From an uncultured Gemmatimonadaceae bacterium (GTDB lineage Bacteria; Gemmatimonadota; Gemmatimonadetes; Gemmatimonadales; Gemmatimonadaceae), in the NCBI GenBank assembly GCA_964577965.1, contig CAZOAT010000002.1:4698-68697 (forward strand): a DNA stretch of 64,000 nucleotides, read 5' to 3'. The notes beneath the pieces were generated by a model, which was given only the letters and a program-made list of their open reading frames with translations, had not been told where the DNA came from and made no database searches. Of the stretch, positions 8,994-18,602 are shown piece by piece; position 1 is the first letter of the stretch; each line of letters begins with the position of its first letter. Position numbers and translations under genes: made by a program.

Positions 8994-10106
8994 ATGCGGC
9001 CACTGGTGTTGGTAACCGGAGGCGCGGGGTTCATTGGATCGCACGTGGCCGACGAACTCCTCGCTTCCGGATACAGGGTTCGTGCGCTCGACATCCTGGC
9101 GGAACAGGTCCACGGTGCCGGCGTGTCCCGGCCTGACTATCTGCATGCCGACGTCGAGCTCGTAGTCGGGGACATAGCGGACAGGGAGATCGTCCGCCAC
9201 TCGCTGGCCGGCGTGGATGCGGTGCTCCATCTCGCCGCGGCGGTCGGTGTCGGCCAGAGCATGTACGAGATCGAGCACTACACGCGAGTCAACAACATGG
9301 GGACGGCGGTGCTGCTTCAGGCGCTGGTTGACCGTCCGGTACGCAGGCTCGTCGTGGCGTCCAGCATGAGCATCTACGGCGAAGGGCTTTATCGTCGCAG
9401 CGACGGCACCTCCGTGCCTGCGGCTTCGCGAACTCAGGCGCAGCTGCGTCAGGGCAGATGGGAGCCGCTGGATGAGGAGGGCGAGCCGCTCGACCCCGCT
9501 CCCACTCCAGAATCGAAACCACCTTCCCTGGAATCGCTCTACGCCCTGTCCAAGTACGATCAGGAGAGAATGTGCCTGGTTTTGGGCCGCGCCTACGGTA
9601 TTCCCACCGTGGCACTCCGGCTCTTCAACGTGTACGGCACGCGGCAGGCGCTGTCTAACCCATATACCGGCGTTCTTGCGATTTTCGCATCGCGACTGCT
9701 CAACGGGAAGGCGCCGCTGGTGTTCGAGGGCGGCGGGCAGCGGCGGGATTTCGTGCACGTTCGGGATGTCGCGCGGGCCTTTCGTCTTGCGCTCGAGTCG
9801 GACGTCGCCGATGAGGTGTTCAACATCGGCAGCGGACGAAACTGCACGGTCGCGGAGATCGCCGAGCGACTTGCAAAGGTCCTGGGTAAGTCCGAGACGG
9901 CAGAGATTACGGGCAAGTTCAGAATCGGCGACATCCGCCACTGCTTCGCCGATATCTCCCAGGCTCGCGACGTCCTGGCGTACGAGCCGCAGGTGGAGTT
10001 CGATGCGGGCCTGGCCGAGCTCGCCGAGTGGCTGAGTCGGCAGACGGCAGTTGATCGTGCCGAGCAGGCGAGCGCGGAGCTCGCCCAGAGGGGACTGAGC
10101 GCATGA
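8994..10106 (+). CDS. Extended-SDR NDP-sugar epimerase/dehydratase
   Basis: Trimmed to the ATG at 8994 (MRPLVLVTGGAGFIGSH Rossmann motif). Catalytic YxxxK is present in LYALSKYDQE. Confidence 0.85.
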   Translation: MRPLVLVTGGAGFIGSHVADELLASGYRVRALDILAEQVHGAGVSRPDYLHADVELVVGDIADREIVRHSLAGVDAVLHLAAAVGVGQSMYEIEHYTRVNNMGTAVLLQALVDRPVRRLVVASSMSIYGEGLYRRSDGTSVPAASRTQAQLRQGRWEPLDEEGEPLDPAPTPESKPPSLESLYALSKYDQERMCLVLGRAYGIPTVALRLFNVYGTRQALSNPYTGVLAIFASRLLNGKAPLVFEGGGQRRDFVHVRDVARAFRLALESDVADEVFNIGSGRNCTVAEIAERLAKVLGKSETAEITGKFRIGDIRHCFADISQARDVLAYEPQVEFDAGLAELAEWLSRQTAVDRAEQASAELAQRGLSA

Positions 10107-11278
10107 TCTTCACGCCGCGCGTGCACGATCATGAGCTCTCGCGTCCGCCGCGCCGTGAGGGAGTGGACGACCGCCCGGTGGTAATAACCGGTGGCGCGGG
10201 TTTCGTCGGCTGCAACCTCGCCGCGCGCCTCCTCGGCGCTGGGCGACCCGTCGTGATTTTCGACAACATCTCCCGGCCCGGCGTGCGTGGCAATGTGGCC
10301 TGGCTGCGGGAGCGCTTCGGACGGCGATTCGAGCTTGAGGTCGCTGACGTGCGCGACCGGGAAGCGGTCTTCTCCTCCGTATATGGCGCGTCTGCAGTCT
10401 TCCACCTCGCCGCTCAGGTGGCGGTCACCGCCAGCCTCACCGATCCGGTGGAGGACTTCTGCATAAACACAGTCGGAACGCTGAACGTGCTCGAAGCGCT
10501 GAGGGCGCAGGCCCAGCCGCCGCCGCTCATCTATACCTCGACCAACAAGGTGTACGGCGATCTCGAAGACGTGACACTGCGGCGCAGCGATCGCCGATAT
10601 CAGCCCGCCGATGCGCGCATCGCGTTTACCGGTATCGGAGAGGATCGGCCGCTCGATTTCCACAGTCCCTACGGATGCTCCAAAGGCGCCGCTGACCAGT
10701 ATGTGCACGACTACGCCCGCTCCTATGGCCTGCGCACGGTGGTGTTCCGGATGAGTTGCATATACGGGCCCCATCAATACGGCAATGAAGACCAGGGGTG
10801 GCTAGCGCACTTCCTCATCAGCGCCATGCGTGGCGATCCGATCATGATCTACGGCGACGGCCGGCAGGTGCGGGACGCGTTATTCGTTGACGATCTGGTG
10901 GATGCGCTGTTGCTGGCGGAGCGCCACGTCGATCGCATTGCCGGTCAGGCCTTCAACATTGGCGGTGGTCCGGGGAACACCATCAGCCTGGTCGAGCTGC
11001 TGGATCGCATCGAGGCGCTGACGGGAGACCGCCCGGATGTGGCGATGCACGGCTGGCGCCCCGGCGACCAGCGCTACTACGTCTCGGATACGAGGAAGTT
11101 CGAGTCGGCCACAGGCTGGGTGCCGCGCGTGAACCTGGAAACTGGGATCCGGCAGTTGCACGAGTGGCTTACAGCTGTTCTGGAAGCCGATGGCGTTCAT
11201 CCCATCTGGCCGGTACCTGCAAACGCGCTGATGCGCACAGTCGCTGACAGTGGCCTGGCAGCTGAAAGCGCCCGGTGA
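10103..11278 (+). CDS. Extended-SDR NDP-sugar epimerase (CDP-paratose 2-epimerase-like)
   Basis: VVITGGAGFVGCNLA Rossmann motif and YGCSKGAADQY catalytic YxxxK. ATGA overlap with the upstream gene. Confidence 0.8.
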   Translation: MIFTPRVHDHELSRPPRREGVDDRPVVITGGAGFVGCNLAARLLGAGRPVVIFDNISRPGVRGNVAWLRERFGRRFELEVADVRDREAVFSSVYGASAVFHLAAQVAVTASLTDPVEDFCINTVGTLNVLEALRAQAQPPPLIYTSTNKVYGDLEDVTLRRSDRRYQPADARIAFTGIGEDRPLDFHSPYGCSKGAADQYVHDYARSYGLRTVVFRMSCIYGPHQYGNEDQGWLAHFLISAMRGDPIMIYGDGRQVRDALFVDDLVDALLLAERHVDRIAGQAFNIGGGPGNTISLVELLDRIEALTGDRPDVAMHGWRPGDQRYYVSDTRKFESATGWVPRVNLETGIRQLHEWLTAVLEADGVHPIWPVPANALMRTVADSGLAAESAR

Positions 11279-12275
11279 GCGTGCGGATCCGCCGGCGATC
11301 GTAGCTCACGATCAGTCGTCGGGACGCACCCTCGTCATCGAAGGCCCCCGGCGCGCACGCATCACCGACGTCGGGCTTCCCCGCCCCCTGGCCGGTGAGG
11401 TACGCGTGCAGCTGGAAGGATGCGGCATTTGCGCGTCGAACATCCCCGTGTGGGAAGGGCGAGACTGGTTCACGTATCCGCTCGATCCGGGTGCCCCGGG
11501 ACACGAGGGATGGGGGTTTATCGAATCAGCGGGTGAAGGAGTCGATTCGTTGCAGCCAGGCGACCGGGTTGCCGTGCTCTCACAACATGCTCTGGCCAGC
11601 TTCGACATCGCGCCCGTGGGGAACGTTGTGCCGCTCCCGGCGAAGTTGTCCGGCAGACCGTTTCCCGCCGAGCCGATCGGCTGCGCGTTCAACGTTCTTC
11701 GCCGGAGCGGCGTGGAGCCTGGCCAGGACGTGGCCGTCATCGGCATCGGCTTCCTTGGGGCGATCGTGACGCGGCTCGCAGCGAATGCGGGCGCACGCGT
11801 GATCGCGATCTCGAGACGGGCTTTCGCGCTTGGCGTTGCGCGGGAGTTCGGTGCTGCCGAGACGATTCAACTCGCGGATCACGCCGGAGTAATTGAGGCC
11901 GTACGCGAGCTCACCAACGGCCGCTGGTGCCATCGTGTGATCGAGGCGACTGGACTGCAGTGGCCGTTGGACATTGCCGGTGAGATCACCGCCGAGCGCG
12001 GGCGGCTCGTCGTCGCCGGCTTCCACCAGGATGGACCGCGCCGTGTGAACATGCAGCTGTGGAACTGGCGGGGACTGGACGTCATCAATGCGCACGAGCG
12101 GGACCCGCGCGAGTACGTGCGCGGAATGAGAGAAGCCGTCGAGGCGGTTGCCCGAGGTGATCTGGACCCCGATCCGCTGTACACACACCGCTTTCCATTG
12201 GAGCGGGCAGGCGAGGCGCTCGAGATGTCCGCCAGCAGGCCTGATGGCTTCATGAAGGCACTAGTTTGCACGTGA
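11250..12275 (+). CDS. Zinc-type alcohol dehydrogenase (MDR superfamily)
   Basis: GCGICASN and GHEGWG zinc-ligand regions, plus the nucleotide-binding loop VAVIGIGFLG. Confidence 0.8.
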   Translation: MAWQLKAPGERADPPAIVAHDQSSGRTLVIEGPRRARITDVGLPRPLAGEVRVQLEGCGICASNIPVWEGRDWFTYPLDPGAPGHEGWGFIESAGEGVDSLQPGDRVAVLSQHALASFDIAPVGNVVPLPAKLSGRPFPAEPIGCAFNVLRRSGVEPGQDVAVIGIGFLGAIVTRLAANAGARVIAISRRAFALGVAREFGAAETIQLADHAGVIEAVRELTNGRWCHRVIEATGLQWPLDIAGEITAERGRLVVAGFHQDGPRRVNMQLWNWRGLDVINAHERDPREYVRGMREAVEAVARGDLDPDPLYTHRFPLERAGEALEMSASRPDGFMKALVCT

Positions 12276-13312
12276 CCCACGTGACGCCATCGACAGAATC
12301 TGCTGTCGATGGTCGAACCCCTACACAGGCGATCCCGCGGCTTGGCTTCGTGGGGGTCGGCTGGATCGGACGCAACCGCATGCAGGCGATCGGCGAGAGC
12401 GGCTACGCACTGGTTGCGGCTGTGAGCGATCCTGCAAGCGAAGCGCTGGACGCAGCCGCGGCGGCCTTCCCGGAAGCGGCGCTCGCGCACCGGTTCGACG
12501 ATCTGCTCGCGATGGGGCTCGACGGGATCTCCATTGCCACGCCGAGCGCGCTGCACGCACGCCAGGCGATCGCGGCGCTGGAGCATGGATGCGCGGTGTT
12601 CTGCCAGAAACCACTGGGGCGTACAGTGGCAGAGGTTCGCTCCGTGTTGGCCGCGGGGCGGACAGCAGATCGGCTGCTCGGTGTGGACATGAGCTACCGT
12701 CACACCCGCGCGATGTCCGCGGTCCGAGACCTCGTGTTGCGCGGCGAGCTCGGCAGCGTGTTCGCCGCCGACATGGTTTTTCACAACGGCTATGGGCCGG
12801 ACAAGCCGTGGTTTCACGATCCGCTGCTTTCGGGTGGTGGGTGCATGATGGACCTGGGGGTACATCTCGTGGACCTGGCGCTGTGGACGCTCGGCTTCCC
12901 GGAGATTGCGCGCGTCAGCGGAACGCTCCTGAAGAATGGAGAGCGGTTCGGTCCTGGCAGTACGGGAGTCGAGGACTTCGCGACGGCTGAGATCAATCTG
13001 CGGAGCGGCTGCCTCGTTCGGGTCAGCTGTTCGTGGAACCTTCCGATAGGGCGCGACGCGCTCATATCCGCGACGTTCTATGGATCGGAGGCGGGAGCGT
13101 CGTTCAGGAACGTGAACGGATCGTTCTACGATTTCGAGGCCGTTCGGCTGGACGGAACTGCGACGACGCCGCTGGTCGGGCCGCCGGATGACTGGAGTGG
13201 GCGTGCGGCTGCAGTCTGGGCCGCAAGGCTCGCAAATGATCGCACGTACGATGCCTCAGTTGAGCAGCTGGTTGCGACTGCGGAAGTGCTCGACGCGGTG
13301 TACGGCCGATGA
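12266..13312 (+). CDS. Gfo/Idh/MocA family oxidoreductase
   Basis: N-terminal Rossmann LGFVGVGWIGRNR and the conserved VFCQKPL segment. A GTG at 12272 is an alternative start (GTGA overlap). Confidence 0.8.
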   Translation: MHVTHVTPSTESAVDGRTPTQAIPRLGFVGVGWIGRNRMQAIGESGYALVAAVSDPASEALDAAAAAFPEAALAHRFDDLLAMGLDGISIATPSALHARQAIAALEHGCAVFCQKPLGRTVAEVRSVLAAGRTADRLLGVDMSYRHTRAMSAVRDLVLRGELGSVFAADMVFHNGYGPDKPWFHDPLLSGGGCMMDLGVHLVDLALWTLGFPEIARVSGTLLKNGERFGPGSTGVEDFATAEINLRSGCLVRVSCSWNLPIGRDALISATFYGSEAGASFRNVNGSFYDFEAVRLDGTATTPLVGPPDDWSGRAAAVWAARLANDRTYDASVEQLVATAEVLDAVYGR

Positions 13313-14391
13313 GAGTGCTCATGACAGTCGATGCGGTCGGTGGAGTGTGGACGTATGCGCTCGCCCTGGCCGATTCGCTGCGCCCGCACGGTGTCGCCGC
13401 GGAGCTGGCCACGATGGGCCCGCGCCCTTCCGCGCGGCAGCGGACAGACGCGGCGCGGTGCGGGATCGCCGAAGTGCACGAGAGCGACTTCCGGCTCGAA
13501 TGGATGGAAGACTCGCGGGAGGATGTGGCAGCGGCCGGGGATTGGCTGCGGGAACTGGTGGAGCGTACGGAATGCGATCTCATTCACCTCAACGGATACA
13601 TGCATGGCGCCCTGGAGTGGCCGGTACCGGTGCTGATGGCCGCTCATTCCTGCGTGCTCTCCTGGTGGCGGGCGGTGCACGGGGCTACTGCGCCTCGTGA
13701 ATGGGATCGTTACCGCCGCGCGGTGCGGGCAGGTCTCGATTCGGCCTCTGTCGTCGTCTCACCGACTCGCGCCCTGCTGAAACTGATGTCAGCCGAGCAC
13801 GGCCCGATCGCGCGCACCAGAGTGATTCACAATGGCCTCAACGTTGGACGTGGTCCGCCGGAGGCGAAGGATCCGCTGGTCCTCGCGTGCGGAAGGTTCT
13901 TGGACGAAGGGAAGAACCTGTCAGTTCTGGAGCAGGTCGCTCCGCACCTGCCATGGCCGCTGCTCGTTGCCGGTGAGGTGCAGGCGGGCACGTCGAGTGC
14001 TGGAATGCTCGGCAGGCTGGAGCACGAGGAGGTGCTGAGATGGCAGCGGCGCGCCGCAATCGTGGTGCATCCGGCGCGATACGAGCCGTTCGGGTTCGTA
14101 CCGCTGGAAGCGGCAGCTGCGCGCTGCGCGCTCGTGCTTGCGGACATTCCGTCACTGCGCGAGCTGTGGGACGGTGCGGCGTTGTTCGTCCATCCGGACG
14201 ATGCCGCCGGCATCGCTGCGGCTATACATCAGCTGATAGCCGAGCCTGCCCTGCGTAGCGCGATGGGCGCACGCGCAGCGCGCAGAGCGCGCGCGTTCAG
14301 CGCCAGCGCAATGGCAGGCGCCTACGCGAGCATCTACCGGGAACTGCTGGGCAGGCCCGAATGCCCATTGGAGCTGGCATGCGCTTCGTGA
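13309..14391 (+). CDS. GT4-family (GT-B) glycosyltransferase
   Basis: C-terminal E-x7-E region YEPFGFVPLEAAAARCALV. ATGA overlap with the upstream gene. Confidence 0.8.
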   Translation: MRVLMTVDAVGGVWTYALALADSLRPHGVAAELATMGPRPSARQRTDAARCGIAEVHESDFRLEWMEDSREDVAAAGDWLRELVERTECDLIHLNGYMHGALEWPVPVLMAAHSCVLSWWRAVHGATAPREWDRYRRAVRAGLDSASVVVSPTRALLKLMSAEHGPIARTRVIHNGLNVGRGPPEAKDPLVLACGRFLDEGKNLSVLEQVAPHLPWPLLVAGEVQAGTSSAGMLGRLEHEEVLRWQRRAAIVVHPARYEPFGFVPLEAAAARCALVLADIPSLRELWDGAALFVHPDDAAGIAAAIHQLIAEPALRSAMGARAARRARAFSASAMAGAYASIYRELLGRPECPLELACAS

Positions 14392-15497
14392 TCTTCTGCC
14401 ATTCGCTGATCTCGGACTGGAACCATGGCAATGCGCATTTCCTCCGCGGCGTCGTGAGCGACCTGCTGCTGCGTGGCCATCACGTTCGTGTGTACGAGCC
14501 GCGTGACGCCTGGAGCGTGATGAATCTGGTTCGCGATGCCGGTGGGGAAGCGCTCGACCAGTTCCGCACCGCCTACCCGCAGCTCGACAGCGTGCGGTAC
14601 GATCCGGTGTCGCTGGATCTCGGGACCGTTCTGGCCGACGCCGACGTCGTGCTGGTACACGAGTGGAACGAGCATGACCTGGTCGCGCGGATCGGTGCCC
14701 ACCGGGCGCAGCATGATTCGTACGCGCTCTTCTTCCACGACACGCACCACCGATCGCTGACCGAGCCCGACGAGATGGCCAGGTACGAGCTCGCCTCATA
14801 CGACGGAGTCCTGGCGTTCGGTCGCGTGATCACGGAAGCATACCGCAGGCGCGGCTGGGCACGCCGTGCATGGACGTGGCACGAGGCCGCCGACATACGC
14901 GTGTTCCAGCCGCGGCCGTCTGCCGGCAGGGACGGCGACCTGGTCTGGATCGGAAATTGGGGGGACGATGAGCGCACGGCGGAGCTGACGGAGTTCCTCA
15001 TTGAGCCTGTGCGCGCGCTTCGGCTGCGCGCCGCCGTGCACGGCGTGCGGTATCCGCCGGAAGCGCTGGCGGCGCTGGAACGGAACGGGATTGAATACAG
15101 GGGGTGGCTGCCGAACCACCTCGTGCCCGATTCGTTCGCCCGCTACAGTCTCACTGTGCACGTGCCGCGCGGCCCTTATGCAGCGAGGCTGCCCGGGATT
15201 CCGACGATCCGCGTGTTCGAGGCGCTGGCCTGTGGTATTCCGCTCGTGAGCGCGCCGTGGACTGACGCGGAGAACCTGTTCACTCCCGAGGAGGATTACC
15301 TGGTTGCGCGGAATGGTGACGAGATGCGAGTGGCGTTGCGTACGCTGCTCGACGATCCGGCGCATGCGCAGGCGCTCGCTAACCATGGTCTGGCCGCAGT
15401 GCGAGCGCGTCATACCTGCACCCATCGGGTGGACGAGCTGCTCGCGATCGTACGGGAGTTGAGCGCCGCCGCGCCGGACGGAGCGCGCGCCGCATGA
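14379..15497 (+). CDS. CgeB-like glycosyltransferase, paralogue 1
   Basis: Start set at MRFVIFCHSLISDWNHGNAHFLRG. It shares the N-terminal S..S.W.NG.A...RG....L..RGH.V motif and the C-terminal R.FEA.ACG motif with the next two genes. Confidence 0.7.
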   Translation: MRFVIFCHSLISDWNHGNAHFLRGVVSDLLLRGHHVRVYEPRDAWSVMNLVRDAGGEALDQFRTAYPQLDSVRYDPVSLDLGTVLADADVVLVHEWNEHDLVARIGAHRAQHDSYALFFHDTHHRSLTEPDEMARYELASYDGVLAFGRVITEAYRRRGWARRAWTWHEAADIRVFQPRPSAGRDGDLVWIGNWGDDERTAELTEFLIEPVRALRLRAAVHGVRYPPEALAALERNGIEYRGWLPNHLVPDSFARYSLTVHVPRGPYAARLPGIPTIRVFEALACGIPLVSAPWTDAENLFTPEEDYLVARNGDEMRVALRTLLDDPAHAQALANHGLAAVRARHTCTHRVDELLAIVRELSAAAPDGARAA

Positions 15498-16597
15498 GCG
15501 GGGTCTCCATCGCCTTTTTCGGTTCGAGCCTGGTCTCGGCCTACTGGAACGGTGCCGCAACGTACTACCGCGGGATCGTCCGCGCACTCGCCCGGCGCGG
15601 GCACAGAGTCACGTTCTACGAGCCGGACGCGTTCGGCAGGCAGCAGCACCGTGACATCCCCGATCCGGATTGGGCGAGAGTCATTGTTTATGCGGGTGAC
15701 GACGAGGCTGCGGCCTACAGCGCTCTGGAGGATGCGGCAGGGAGCGATCTGGTGGTCAAGGCGAGCGGAGTTGGCGTGTACGACGAGCTGCTGGAGCGGG
15801 AGGTGCTGGCGCTGCACTCCAGCAGAACGCGTGTGGTCTTCTGGGATGTGGACGCACCAGCTACTCTGGAGCGTGTGCATGCTGACCCACGGGATCCGTT
15901 CCGCGCGCTGATTCCACGGTACGACATGGTACTCACCTATGGCGGGGGTCCGCCGGTGATCGAAGCGTACAGCGCTCTGGGGGCACGGGACTGCGTTCCG
16001 ATCTACAACGCGCTGGATCCTGCGACCCACCAACAGGCTGTACCGGAGCCGCGGTTTGAATGTGATCTCGGTTTTCTGGGGAACAGACTCCCCGACCGCG
16101 AAGCACGCGTGGAAGAGTTCTTTTTTCGCCCCGCAACGCTGCTTCCTGAGCGCAGCTTTCTCCTGGGTGGCAGCGGGTGGGAGGACAGGGCAGTGGCAGC
16201 AAATGTGCAGCTCCGCGGCCACGTTTACACACACGAGCACAACGCCTTCAACTCCACCCCTCTCGCCGTCCTCAATGTGAATCGCGACAGCATGGCGCAG
16301 TATGGCTTCTCGCCGCCGACGCGCGTCTTCGAGGCTGCAGGGGCGGCCGCGTGCCTCATTACCGACCAGTGGGACGGGCTGGAGTGGTTCCTCGAGCCGG
16401 GGTCGGAGGTACTCGTGGCAGCCAGCGGCAACGATGTCGCGGCACATCTGAGTCAGCTCACACCCCGGCGGGCACGTTCCATAGGCCGTGCGGCACATCG
16501 TCGCGTGCTCGCGGAGCACACCTACTCCCATCGCGCTGTGCAGTTGGAGGACGTACTGGATCTGACTTCCGCCGCGCTGGTGGGTGCAGGCTCATGA
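15494..16597 (+). CDS. CgeB-like glycosyltransferase, paralogue 2
   Basis: SLVSAYWNGAATYYRGIVRALARRGHRVTFYE and TRVFEAAGAAACLITD. ATGA overlap on both sides. Confidence 0.7.
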   Translation: MSGVSIAFFGSSLVSAYWNGAATYYRGIVRALARRGHRVTFYEPDAFGRQQHRDIPDPDWARVIVYAGDDEAAAYSALEDAAGSDLVVKASGVGVYDELLEREVLALHSSRTRVVFWDVDAPATLERVHADPRDPFRALIPRYDMVLTYGGGPPVIEAYSALGARDCVPIYNALDPATHQQAVPEPRFECDLGFLGNRLPDREARVEEFFFRPATLLPERSFLLGGSGWEDRAVAANVQLRGHVYTHEHNAFNSTPLAVLNVNRDSMAQYGFSPPTRVFEAAGAAACLITDQWDGLEWFLEPGSEVLVAASGNDVAAHLSQLTPRRARSIGRAAHRRVLAEHTYSHRAVQLEDVLDLTSAALVGAGS

Positions 16598-17748
16598 GCA
16601 GCGGCCTGGACATCGTTTTCCTCGGCCTTTCAATAACATCGTCGTGGGGGAACGGGCACGCGTCGACGTATCGCGGACTGGTGCGAGAGCTCGCAGCGCG
16701 TGGACATCGGGTGCGTTTCCTGGAGCGGGACAGGCCGTGGTACGCGGCGAATCGTGATCTCCCCCACCCACCGGGCGCGGAGACTCATGTCTACTCGTCG
16801 CTGGACGAGCTGTTCATCGATCATGGCTCAGCCGTGCGTGGCGCTCACGCTGTGATCGTCGGCTCGTACGTGCTTGACGGTGTCGCGGTTGGGGAGTGGG
16901 TTACGGAGACCGCGACAGGCGTCACCGCGTTCTACGATATCGACACGCCGGTGACACTGGCGAAGCTGCGGTCGGGCGACGCGCAGTATCTCAGCAGCGA
17001 GCTGGTGAGGCGGTACGATCTGTATCTGTCGTTTACCGGCGGGCCCACGCTCGAAGTCATCGAGCGGGAGTTCGCCTCACCTTACGCCCGCCCGTTGTAC
17101 TGCTCTGTCGATCCGGCGCAGTATCACCCAGAGAACGCGGCCGAGCGCTGGGCGCTCGGATATCTCGGCACCTACAGTGACGACAGGCAGCCCGCTGTTG
17201 AACGCCTTCTCATCGAGCCTGCGCGTACCTGCGGGATGCTTCGATTCGCGGTCGCGGGTCCTCAATATCCGGAAGCGATCGCATGGCCCTCGAATGTCGA
17301 GCGGATCGAGCACCTGCCGCCGTCGGACCACAGTCGGTTCTACAACTCGCAGCGGTTCACGCTCAATGTGACTCGGGCCGCAATGGTAGAGGCTGGATAC
17401 TCGCCGAGCGTTCGGCTGTTCGAGAGTGCGGCGTGCGGAACACCTGCGATAACCGACTTCTGGCCGGGGCTCGACGCTTTTTTTGCGATCGACGAGGAGA
17501 TTGTGGTTGCGCATGACGCTCGCGACGTCGTCAAGGCGCTCCGCGGAATGCGCGCTGGAGACGCTGAGCAGATCGGCCAACGTGCGCGTGAGCGGGTGTT
17601 GCGGTCGCATACCGCGGCGCACCGTGCAGCTGAACTGGAGACCTATCTGGTGGATCTCCTGGGAGCTGATATCACGACCCCATCGCTGACGCGCGAGGTG
17701 CAGCCGATGCCTGACGATCCTTTGCTGACTTATCCGGGGAGTCAGTGA
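16594..17748 (+). CDS. CgeB-like glycosyltransferase, paralogue 3
   Basis: ORF 16177..17748 trimmed to the ATG at 16594 (ATGA overlap). Motifs SITSSWGNGHASTYRGLVRELAARGHRVRFLE and VRLFESAACGTPAITD. Confidence 0.7.
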   Translation: MSSGLDIVFLGLSITSSWGNGHASTYRGLVRELAARGHRVRFLERDRPWYAANRDLPHPPGAETHVYSSLDELFIDHGSAVRGAHAVIVGSYVLDGVAVGEWVTETATGVTAFYDIDTPVTLAKLRSGDAQYLSSELVRRYDLYLSFTGGPTLEVIEREFASPYARPLYCSVDPAQYHPENAAERWALGYLGTYSDDRQPAVERLLIEPARTCGMLRFAVAGPQYPEAIAWPSNVERIEHLPPSDHSRFYNSQRFTLNVTRAAMVEAGYSPSVRLFESAACGTPAITDFWPGLDAFFAIDEEIVVAHDARDVVKALRGMRAGDAEQIGQRARERVLRSHTAAHRAAELETYLVDLLGADITTPSLTREVQPMPDDPLLTYPGSQ

Positions 17749-18602
17749 TGGCGACGCTGCTGCAGGAGCGGGTCAGCGCGCCCACGGCTGAGCGGGAGCA
17801 GGAGATCGCCGCACTCGGACCGTGGTTCCACAATCTGCATCTGCCTGACGGGTCACAGACCGCGCCGCAGAGCCCCCTGGGGGATTTCCCGGCATTCAAG
17901 TGGAAGCAGCTGGCTTCGCATCTGCCGCAGGACCTCTCCGGGTGGACCGCGCTCGACATCGGCTGCAACGCCGGGTTCTACACTTTCGAACTTGCAAAGC
18001 GCGGAGCAAAAGTCACGGCTCTCGATACGGAGCCGCTGTTCCTCCGCCAGGCGGAATGGGCTGCGCGCGAGTTCGGTCTCTCCGATCGCATCCGATTGAC
18101 GCGCGGCCAGGTTTACGAGCTCGCGCACGAGGAGGCCTGCTACGACCTCGTCCTGTTCATGGGCCTGTTTTATCACCTGCGCTACCCGTTACTCGCCCTC
18201 GACATCGTCGCCGACAAGGTGAAGCGGCTGTTCGTATTCCAGACGCTCACAATGCCCGGGACAGACGTATTCAGCGGGACCAATGCTGAGCGGGACATCA
18301 TGGAGCGGGAGATGTTCAACGCGCCCGGCTGGCCGAAAATGGCGTTCATTGAGCACAGCTACGCCGGAGACGAAACCAACTGGTGGGCTCCCAACCATGC
18401 GGCGGTTGAGGCGCTGCTCCGCTCCAGCGGAATGCGGGTGACCGCCCGGCCGGGCCACGAGATGTATGTGTGCGAGCCGAACCCTTTACAGGTTCCATGG
18501 AGGCGAGGTGCAGGTGCGAGTGAGCTGATGTCTGCCACTGGGTCAGGGCGGCGCTGCACTTGCACTCATGGTGTAGAGGAGAAGCGGTCCACTCGACCAT
18601 GA
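17745..18602 (+). CDS. Class I SAM-dependent methyltransferase (CmoB/DUF1698-like)
   Basis: SAM motif I LDIGCNAGFYTFELAKRGA and a CmoB-like N-terminal segment GPWFHNLHLPDG. GTGA overlap with the upstream gene. Confidence 0.75.
   Translation: MMATLLQERVSAPTAEREQEIAALGPWFHNLHLPDGSQTAPQSPLGDFPAFKWKQLASHLPQDLSGWTALDIGCNAGFYTFELAKRGAKVTALDTEPLFLRQAEWAAREFGLSDRIRLTRGQVYELAHEEACYDLVLFMGLFYHLRYPLLALDIVADKVKRLFVFQTLTMPGTDVFSGTNAERDIMEREMFNAPGWPKMAFIEHSYAGDETNWWAPNHAAVEALLRSSGMRVTARPGHEMYVCEPNPLQVPWRRGAGASELMSATGSGRRCTCTHGVEEKRSTRP

Noticed and set aside
9593-16531. Long minus-strand ORFs (9593-10777, 11879-12865, 15410-16531) within the sugar operon.
   Set aside because: They are antisense to ORFs with clear Rossmann/SDR/GT motifs. 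Their products are low-complexity Arg/Pro-rich, and there is no operon logic on that strand.
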